Shown: one piece after another, positions 26,226 to 32,000 of the stretch
Numbering within the stretch: position 1 is the first letter of the stretch
How the letters are laid out: each line of letters begins with the position of its first letter
Source: an uncultured Actinomycetes bacterium
GTDB lineage: Bacteria > Actinomycetota > Actinomycetes > S36-B12 > CAIYMF01
DNA length: 32,000 nt
Reading direction: 5' to 3'
Assembly: GCA_963843975.1 (NCBI GenBank)
Contig: CAWJMG010000003.1
Location: 480,001-512,000 of the forward strand
The notes under the pieces: generated by a model
What the model saw: the letters and a program-made list of their open reading frames with translations, nothing else
What the model was told of the DNA's origin: nothing
Database searches by the model: none
Translations under genes and position numbers: made by a program

Positions 26226-27224
26226 TCAGTACGTCTCGACCGGCGGGACCGGGCTGCGCGGGCGGTTGCTGCGACGGACGAGCCACCAGACGAGCAGGGC
26301 CAGCGGCACGAGCACGATCAGGAACGGGATCAGCGCCCCGACGACGGTGAGCGCGACGACGGCTGCCCCGGTGAACGCGTTCCAGCCCGCCTTCAGGCCC
26401 GCGACGAAGCCGGTCTCGTCCTCGGTCACGACGGGTGCCTGCTCGTCGACGAGCCGTACGGTCACGGTCGCCTGCGCGGTCTGGTCGGCGAAGACACGCT
26501 GCTGCGCCTGCAGCGACTCGAGGTCGGCCTGGCGTCGGCTCAGCTCGGCCTCGAGCGTCACGACGTCGGCGATCGTCACCGCCTTGTCCATGAGGGCGCG
26601 CACCCGTGCGAGCGACGCCTCGGCGGTCTTCAGGCGGGCGTCGACGTCGGCGACCTGCGCGGAGACGTCCTCGGTGGTGCGGTACGACGCCTCGACGGTG
26701 CCGAGCGCCGACAGGTCGCGGATCAGTGCGTCCACCTCGTCGTTGTCGACGCGCAGCGTCGTGGTCGAGGACGCGTAGCTGGTGGGGCATCCGGTGCTCG
26801 GGCAGGCCGACACGCCCTTCTCGTCGACCGTCGTGGGCATCGGCTCGGGGTTGAAGCCGCCGGAGGACGTGGTCTGGCTCGCGATGGTCGCCTGGTGCCG
26901 GGCCGCGGCCGCGCCGAGCCCGTCGGTGGCCTTCCCGAGGTCCTCCACCCGCACGGTCATGTCGGCGCGGACGATCACCGAGCGCTGGATCGTGACCGCC
27001 AGCGGCTCGCCGCCGGTCACGCCCTTGCCGCCCGAGGCGTCGGGGACCGCGCCTTCGCCGTCGACCGCAGGCGCGGGAGCGGCGACCTCGGACCGGGCGC
27101 CGGCGGAGTCGGAGGACCCCGACGCGGAGCAGCCGGCGAGCAGGAGCCCGGCGATCCCGAGCACGGCGGCCGCCGCCGCCGGCCGGCGGCGGGACGTGCG
27201 GGCGACGGTGCTGAGTGCAGACAT
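26226..27224 (-). CDS. DUF4349-like lipoprotein with C-terminal membrane anchor
   Basis: ATG 27224 follows GGAGGA. It has a signal peptide with lipobox LLAGC, a low-complexity linker and a coiled-coil-like region (DVDARLKTAEASLARVRALM..LEAELSRRQADLESLQAQQ). Two C-terminal hydrophobic helices follow. Confidence 0.7.
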   Translation of the reverse strand: MSALSTVARTSRRRPAAAAAVLGIAGLLLAGCSASGSSDSAGARSEVAAPAPAVDGEGAVPDASGGKGVTGGEPLAVTIQRSVIVRADMTVRVEDLGKATDGLGAAAARHQATIASQTTSSGGFNPEPMPTTVDEKGVSACPSTGCPTSYASSTTTLRVDNDEVDALIRDLSALGTVEASYRTTEDVSAQVADVDARLKTAEASLARVRALMDKAVTIADVVTLEAELSRRQADLESLQAQQRVFADQTAQATVTVRLVDEQAPVVTEDETGFVAGLKAGWNAFTGAAVVALTVVGALIPFLIVLVPLALLVWWLVRRSNRPRSPVPPVETY

Positions 27225-27403
27225 GGCGTCCTCCGGTGTGCGCGGCCGTGCGGTCTGGCGCTGGGACGTGACCTGCCGCACAGCGGTTCCGGGAGGGAAG
27301 GTCTCGGATCGGCGACGGTTGCGGGGGAGTGGCAGGGTTGACCCCGTGCGCTGCCGATGCGGCGGCGCGGAGCCCGTTGGACCCGACCCCTCGCGAGGAC
27401 CCT

Positions 27404-28870
27404 GTGACCGACCCGGACGACGTCGGACGACGCCCGCACGTCGTCGTGGTGGGAGGCGGCATCTCCGGGCTGGCGGCGGCCTGGCGCCTCGCCACCTTGC
27501 GGCACGACCTCGACATCACCGTGCTCGAGGGCTCGGACGTCGTGGGCGGCAAGCTGCGGGTCAGCGAGGTCGACGGCGTCACCGTCGACGAGGGCGCCGA
27601 GTCGATGATCGCCACGCGTCCCGAGGCGGTGGCGCTCGCACGCGAGATCGGCCTCGGAGACGCTCTCGTGCACCCCGCCGTCAGCGCGCCGAGCCTGTTC
27701 CTCGGCGGCGACCTCGTGCCACTGCCGCCGGCGCTGATGATGGGCGTCCCGACCGACCTCACCTCGCTCGCCCGCTCCGGTGTGATCACACCGCAGGGCC
27801 TCGCGCGCATCCCGCTCGACCACGTGCTGCCCCCGACGCGGATCGGCGACGACATCTCCATCGGCGAGTACGTCGGCCGCCGGCTCGGTCCCGAGGTCGT
27901 GGTCAAGCTCGTTGCGCCGCTGCTCATGGGCGTGTACGCCGACCGCCCCGTGAACATCTCCATGCGGGTGGCGGCGCCGTCGCTCTTCGAGGCTGCGGCG
28001 CAGGACCGGTCGCTGCTCGAGGCCGCGAAGTCGGCGCGCGCCAAGTCTTCTGCCGCCTCGAGCGGCGGCCCCGTCTTCGCCGGCATCCGCGGCGGCGTGG
28101 GCAGGTTCCCCGTCGTCCTCGCCGAGAGGCTGCGCGCGGCCGGCGTCACGATCACCACCGGCGTCACGGTGCGGGACGTCGTGCGCGCACCGCGCGGCTG
28201 GCGGGTCGAGACCGGTGCGACCAACGACGTGACGTTCCTCGACGCCGACGCCGTGATCCTCGCCGTGCCCGCTCCGGTCGCGGCAAAGCTGGCCAAGGGC
28301 CTCTCGGTGCAGGCCGAGGCCGAGCTGTCCGAGCTCGAGGTCACGTCGGTCGCCGTCGTCACGCTTCTCTATCGCGCATCCGACCTCCCGGGCGGCGACG
28401 TGCCCGAGGGCAGCGGCTACCTCACGCCGTCCGACGTGCGCCGCCCCGTGAAGGCGGCGACGTTCGCCTCGCACAAGTGGCAGTGGATCGCCGACGAGGC
28501 CGCCCCGCGCGGCCTGGTGGCGGTGCGGTGCTCGATGGGCCTCGCGGACGACGTCGAGATGCTGCAGCGCGACGACGACGACCTCGCGCGTCTCGCCGCC
28601 GACGACCTCGCGTTCGCCGCGCGCCTCGGCAAGGCCCGGCCGGTCGCGTCCCGCGTCACGCGCTGGGGCGGCGGGCTGCCGCGGTACGCCGTGGGGCACG
28701 TCGACCGCGCGACGCGCATCGTCGACGCGCTCCAGTCGCTGCCCGGCATGGCGGTGTGCGGGGCGGCGTACGACGGGGTCGGCATCGCGGCGTGCATCGG
28801 CCGCGCGGACAAGGCCGCGACCCACATCTCGCAAGGTCTCGGATCTCACGGAGAATGGCGTCATGGCTGA
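27404..28870 (+). CDS. hemY: protoporphyrinogen/coproporphyrinogen III oxidase (HemY/CgoX)
   Basis: GTG 27404 follows GAGGAC. The FAD dinucleotide fold VVVVGGGISGLAAAWRL is present, as is the C-terminal GAAYDGVGIAACI. It overlaps hemQ by 8 nt. Confidence 0.92.
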   Translation: MTDPDDVGRRPHVVVVGGGISGLAAAWRLATLRHDLDITVLEGSDVVGGKLRVSEVDGVTVDEGAESMIATRPEAVALAREIGLGDALVHPAVSAPSLFLGGDLVPLPPALMMGVPTDLTSLARSGVITPQGLARIPLDHVLPPTRIGDDISIGEYVGRRLGPEVVVKLVAPLLMGVYADRPVNISMRVAAPSLFEAAAQDRSLLEAAKSARAKSSAASSGGPVFAGIRGGVGRFPVVLAERLRAAGVTITTGVTVRDVVRAPRGWRVETGATNDVTFLDADAVILAVPAPVAAKLAKGLSVQAEAELSELEVTSVAVVTLLYRASDLPGGDVPEGSGYLTPSDVRRPVKAATFASHKWQWIADEAAPRGLVAVRCSMGLADDVEMLQRDDDDLARLAADDLAFAARLGKARPVASRVTRWGGGLPRYAVGHVDRATRIVDALQSLPGMAVCGAAYDGVGIAACIGRADKAATHISQGLGSHGEWRHG

Positions 28871-29597
28871 CACCGGCACGACCCAGGGCAAGGGCAAGCG
28901 CCCGCAGCAGGGCAAGGTCGCCAAGGAGATCAACGAGCAGATCCGCTACACGACCTGGTCGGTGTTCAAGGCTGCGACGCCTATCGGCGACGCCGACCGC
29001 GGGCCGATCGTGGCCGAGGTCGAGGCGCTCGTCGATCAGCTCGCCGCCAAGGACGTCGTCGTGCGCGGCTTCTACGACGTGAGCGCGCTGCGGGCTGACG
29101 CCGACGTCGTCCTCTGGATGCATGCGGAGACCTCGGACGCGCTGCAGGACGCCTACCACCGCTTCCGGCGCACGGCGTTCGGCGGCACGCTCGAGCCCGT
29201 GTGGTCGCAGATGGCGCTGCACCGGCCGGCGGAGTTCAACAAGTCGCACGTGCCCGCGTTCCTCGCGGACGAGAACGCCAAGGACTACGTCTGCATCTAC
29301 CCGTTCGTGCGGTCGTACGAGTGGTACCTGCTGCCCGACGAGGAGCGCCGCGAGCTGCTGGTGGAGCACGGCCAGATGGGCCGGGACTTCCCGGATGTGC
29401 GCGCCAACACCGTGGCGTCGTTCGCCCTCGGCGACTACGAGTGGATCCTGGCGTTCGAGGCGGACGAGCTGCACCGCATCGTCGACCTCATGCGCCACCT
29501 GCGCGGCAGCCGCGCGCGCCTGCACGTCCGCGAGGAGATCCCCTTCTACACCGGCCGCCGCCGCGAGCCCGCCGACCTGATCACCGCCCTCCCCTAA
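28863..29597 (+). CDS. hemQ: coproheme decarboxylase (HemQ/ChdC, chlorite dismutase family)
   Basis: This 244-aa protein has the family blocks YTTWSVFK, YVCIYPFVRSYEWYLLP, LLVEHGQMGRDF and DYEWILAFEADEL. It is in an operon position after hemY. Confidence 0.9.
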   Translation: MADTGTTQGKGKRPQQGKVAKEINEQIRYTTWSVFKAATPIGDADRGPIVAEVEALVDQLAAKDVVVRGFYDVSALRADADVVLWMHAETSDALQDAYHRFRRTAFGGTLEPVWSQMALHRPAEFNKSHVPAFLADENAKDYVCIYPFVRSYEWYLLPDEERRELLVEHGQMGRDFPDVRANTVASFALGDYEWILAFEADELHRIVDLMRHLRGSRARLHVREEIPFYTGRRREPADLITALP

Positions 29598-29605
29598 GGC
29601 CGCGT

Positions 29606-29703
29606 CACGAAGAAGTGGTCACCAGAAGTCCCCTGAAGGGCACTTTGTGGCCCTAAGGGTCACAAAGTGCCCGTGAAGGGCGGTTTCGCGTCCACTTCTC
29701 GTG
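29606..29703 (+). other. about 100-nt nested inverted-repeat element (complex terminator or cis-regulatory/small RNA)
   Basis: The outer arms are CACGAAGAAGTGG (29606-29618) and CCACTTCTCGTG (29692-29703). The inner arms form a perfect 12-bp stem, GGGCACTTTGTG (29638-29649) with CACAAAGTGCCC (29661-29672). Three CCC-N-(T/G)AAGGG mini-hairpins and a TGAAGGGC direct repeat are also present. GC content is visibly lower than in the flanks. Confidence 0.5.
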
Positions 29704-29731
29704 GCGTTCGAGCGGTTCCGAGTGCTGCAGG

Positions 29732-29737
29732 GATACT
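29732..29737 (+). promoter_or_regulatory. possible -10 box (GATACT-N6-ATG) for MOSC gene
   Basis: The A2 and T6 positions are conserved. The hexamer lies 6 nt upstream of ATG 29744, inside a CCGAGT/ACTCGG hairpin (29718-29740). Confidence 0.3.
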
Positions 29738-29743
29738 CGGGGC

Positions 29744-30517
29744 ATGGCTGGAGTCGTCGCTCGTATCTCGATCGCCCCTGTGAAGAGCCTCGGGCTCGTG
29801 CACCCCGAGTCGGTCGAGCTCACGGCGTACGGCGCTGCGGGCGACCGCGTGTTCGCCGTGATCGATGCCGAGGGCAAGCTGGCCAACGGCACGAAGCACG
29901 GCCCGCTGGTCCGTGTGCGGACGGCGTACGACGGCGAGCGCCTCACGCTGACGCTGCCTGACGGCACCGAGGTGAGCGACGACGTACGTCTCGGCCAGGC
30001 GCTCACGCCCGTGTTCTACGGCGAAGAGCGGGCGGCCCGGCTGGTCGTGGGGCCGTTCGCCGAGGCGTTGAGCTCCGTCGACGGGTCGCCGCTGCGGCTG
30101 GTGCGGATGGATGACGGCGAGGGCATCGACCGCCCGGGCGACGGCACGGTGTCGCTGCTCTCGACCGCCGCCCTCACCGCCATGGCCGACCAGGCCGGCG
30201 AGGTCGAGCCTGTCGACGGGCGCCGCTTCCGGATGACCTTCCTGCTCGACGGGGTGCCCGCCAACGCGGAGGACGCCTGGGTCGGGCGCGAGGTGCGCAT
30301 CGGCACCGCGACCGTGCGCGTCGCCGGCAACATCGGGCGCTGCTCGATCACGCAGCAGGATCCCGACACCGGCATCAAGAGCTTCGACACCCTCAAGCTC
30401 ATCCACGCGGCGCGCGGCGAGATGCCCACGACCGAGCCGCTGCCCTTCGGCGTCCACGCCGAGGTCGTCGTCCCGGGCCGGGTCGCCGTGGGCGACGAGG
30501 TCACGCCGCTCGACTGA
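29744..30517 (+). CDS. MOSC domain-containing protein (with MOSC_N beta-barrel)
   Basis: The N-terminal ISIAPVKSLG is followed by RRFRMTFLLDG and the conserved Cys context GNIGRCSITQQDPDTG. Confidence 0.88.
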   Translation: MAGVVARISIAPVKSLGLVHPESVELTAYGAAGDRVFAVIDAEGKLANGTKHGPLVRVRTAYDGERLTLTLPDGTEVSDDVRLGQALTPVFYGEERAARLVVGPFAEALSSVDGSPLRLVRMDDGEGIDRPGDGTVSLLSTAALTAMADQAGEVEPVDGRRFRMTFLLDGVPANAEDAWVGREVRIGTATVRVAGNIGRCSITQQDPDTGIKSFDTLKLIHAARGEMPTTEPLPFGVHAEVVVPGRVAVGDEVTPLD

Positions 30518-30539
30518 GCGCGGCGGTCCCACCGCACAT

Positions 30540-30581
30540 AGCGAAGGGCCAGAGAACCGCTGGGTTCTCTGGCCCTTCGCT
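30540..30581. terminator. perfect 19-bp hairpin, bidirectional terminator between convergent MOSC and msrB genes
   Basis: AGCGAAGGGCCAGAGAACC pairs with GGTTCTCTGGCCCTTCGCT around loop GCTG. Confidence 0.75.
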
Positions 30582-30596
30582 GGGGTGAGCCGCGGC

Positions 30597-31040
30597 CTAT
30601 TCGGCGGGCGTGAGCTTGATGCTGATGCTGTTGATGCAGTATCGCTGGTCGGTCGGGGTGCCGTAGCCCTCTCCCTCGAAGACGTGGCCGAGGTGGCTGC
30701 CGCAGCTCGCGCACCGCACCTCGACGCGCTTCATGCCCATCGTGCGGTCCTCGAGCAGGATCACCGACTCGCCCGCGAGCGGCGACCAGAACGACGGCCA
30801 GCCGCAGTGCGAGTCGAACTTCGTGTCGCTCGTGAACAGCACGGCGTCACACGCGCGGCAGGTGTAGGTGCCGGTGGTCTTGGTGTCGGTGTACTCGCCC
30901 GTGAACGCGCGCTCGGTTCCTGCCTCGCGGAGCACGTGGTACTCCTGCGGTGACAGGACGGCCTTCCAGTCGTCCTCGGACTTCACGATGTCGAACTGCG
31001 TGCCGTCGGGCTTCACGGTGGGCATGGGTCCTGTGCTCAT
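30597..31040 (-). CDS. msrB: peptide-methionine (R)-S-oxide reductase
   Basis: ATG 31040 gives 147 aa. It has two CxxC zinc motifs (CRACDAVLF and CASCGSHLGHVF), GWPSF and the catalytic RYCINS. Confidence 0.95.
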   Translation of the reverse strand: MSTGPMPTVKPDGTQFDIVKSEDDWKAVLSPQEYHVLREAGTERAFTGEYTDTKTTGTYTCRACDAVLFTSDTKFDSHCGWPSFWSPLAGESVILLEDRTMGMKRVEVRCASCGSHLGHVFEGEGYGTPTDQRYCINSISIKLTPAE

Positions 31041-31047
31041 GGCACCG

Positions 31048-31053
31048 AACGTA
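31048..31053 (-). promoter_or_regulatory. -10 box of putative leaderless promoter (TACGTT-N7-ATG) for msrB
   Basis: On the minus strand a TANNNT hexamer lies 7 nt upstream of ATG 31040. It overlaps the ACGTACGT palindrome. Confidence 0.45.
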
Positions 31054-31129
31054 CGTCTCCGCAGGGTGTCGAGCCAGCCGGATCCCATGACGGAACGCTT
31101 ACATGCACCCGCCGGTCGCGCACTCCGGC

Positions 31130-31135
31130 TAGCGT
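31130..31135 (+). promoter_or_regulatory. -10 box of putative leaderless promoter (TAGCGT-N6-ATG) for LigD-pol gene
   Basis: A TANNNT hexamer lies 6 nt upstream of ATG 31142. It is the same hexamer and spacing as at 892-897. Confidence 0.45.
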
Positions 31136-31141
31136 CGCCCC

Positions 31142-32000
31142 ATGGCGAAGGAGTTCGGCGAGCCGGTAGAGATCGAGGTCGACGGCCACCTCGTACGGGT
31201 GAGCAACCCCGAGCGGCCGTACTTCCCGACGGTCGGCATCACCAAGCGCGAGGTGGTGCAGCACTACCTCGACTGCGGCGAGGGCATCCTGCGTGCCCTG
31301 CGCGAGCGCCCGACGACCCTCGAGCGCTGGCCCGGGGGAGTCGTGGAGGGCGCGCGCATCTCCACGCGCGAGGGCTTCAAGGGCGAGGCGTTCTACCAGA
31401 AGCGAGTTCCGCAGGGCGCGCCGTCGTACGTCGAGACCGCGCGCATCACGTTCCCCTCGGGGCGCACCGCCGACGAGATCTCGCCGACGTCGCTGGCCGT
31501 CATCGCGTACGCCGCCAACCTCGGAACGATCACGTTCCACCCCTGGCCGGTGCGGATGCAGGACGTCGAGCACCCGGACGAGCTGCGGCTCGACCTCGAC
31601 CCGCAGCCGGGCAGCGGCTTCTCCGACGCTGTCGCCGTCGCGCACGAGCTGAAGGCGCTGCTCGAGGAGCTCGGCATGGTCGGCTGGCCGAAGACCAGCG
31701 GCGGCCGGGGCATCCACGTGTACGTGCGGATCGAGCCGCGATGGGAGTTCACCGACGTGCGGCATGCGGCCATCGCCGTCGGCCGCGAGCTCGAGCGGCG
31801 CATGCCGGGGCGCGTCACCACCAAGTGGTGGAAGGAGGAGCGGCCCGACGGCACGATCTTCCTGGACTACAACCAGAACGCCCGCGACCGCACGATCGCC
31901 TCGGCGTACTCGATCCGCTCCAAGCCGCACGCTCCGGTGTCGATGCCGATCCGCTGGGACGAGCTCGACGACGTGTCGCCCTTCGACTTCACCGTCCGCA
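31142..32000 (+). CDS. LigD-type polymerase (AEP primase-polymerase) domain protein, 3' end outside window
   Basis: This gene is not in the ORF track because there is no stop within the window. My own translation from ATG 31142 reads MAKEFGEPVEIEVDGHLVRVSNPERPYFP..FYQKRVP..ITFHPWP..LRLDLDP..KTSGGRGIHVYVRI..LDYNQNARDRTIASAYSIR, matching NHEJ PolDom motifs. The antisense ORF 31037-31930 is junk. Confidence 0.85.
   Translation, partial: MAKEFGEPVEIEVDGHLVRVSNPERPYFPTVGITKREVVQHYLDCGEGILRALRERPTTLERWPGGVVEGARISTREGFKGEAFYQKRVPQGAPSYVETARITFPSGRTADEISPTSLAVIAYAANLGTITFHPWPVRMQDVEHPDELRLDLDPQPGSGFSDAVAVAHELKALLEELGMVGWPKTSGGRGIHVYVRIEPRWEFTDVRHAAIAVGRELERRMPGRVTTKWWKEERPDGTIFLDYNQNARDRTIASAYSIRSKPHAPVSMPIRWDELDDVSPFDFTVR

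Noticed and set aside
26137-29082. 741-aa, 766-aa and 638-aa ORFs overlapping DUF4349, hemY and hemQ
   Set aside because: These are alternative frames or the opposite strand of well-supported genes. Their Arg/Pro/Gly/Ala-rich composition is typical of GC-driven spurious ORFs.
29701-29725. tRNA-like T-arm resemblance (GCGTTCGAGCGG) in the hemQ-MOSC spacer
   Set aside because: There is no GGTTCGAATCC-type T-loop, no acceptor or anticodon stems that can be drawn, and no CCA context. It is not a tRNA.
31037-31930. 297-aa minus-strand ORF at the right end of the window
   Set aside because: It is antisense to the LigD-pol reading frame, which carries clear AEP polymerase motifs. The minus-strand translation is Arg/Leu/Asp/Gly-rich with no motif.

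Overview
This is a very GC-rich actinobacterial chromosome segment (GC3 looks saturated by eye), and its content looks like core genome. I support 27 protein-coding genes.

Genes in order:
- 5'-truncated TrmA/RumA-type RNA methyltransferase
- VOC/glyoxalase-fold protein
- aconitase
- small hypothetical protein
- xylF-like sugar ABC importer (binding protein, single-NBD ATPase, permease) followed by a ROK regulator
- dxs, interrupted by a 1-nt frameshift
- 299-aa hypothetical protein
- fadA-fadB beta-oxidation pair
- two fused TMD-NBD ABC exporter genes
- AlkD-like DNA glycosylase
- FTR1/EfeU iron permease with a cupredoxin-only lipoprotein
- RNase D
- atypical LuxR-type response regulator
- DUF3000 protein
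- hemE
- DUF4349 lipoprotein
- hemY
- hemQ/chdC
- MOSC protein
- msrB
- LigD-type polymerase-domain gene that runs off the right edge and is absent from the ORF track

From memory, the dxs / rnd / DUF3000 / hemE / hemY / hemQ neighbourhood resembles the arrangement known in mycobacteria.

I found no rRNA, tRNA, CRISPR array, IS/transposase/integrase, prophage or recognisable defence genes. The many long ORFs antisense to or out of frame with these genes are high-GC artefacts.

I do not see a convincing novel multi-gene system. The points worth a second look are:
- the dxs frameshift
- a roughly 100-nt nested inverted-repeat element between hemQ and the MOSC gene
- several strong palindromic candidate operators, upstream of acn, xylF, fadAB, efeU (IdeR-like) and the ABC exporter operon
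- a recurring leaderless-promoter geometry (TANNNT-N6/7-start codon) at about 10 genes
- an orphan pseudo-receiver LuxR regulator

Intergenic coordinates were anchored to ORF-track coordinates but could be off by 1-2 nt.
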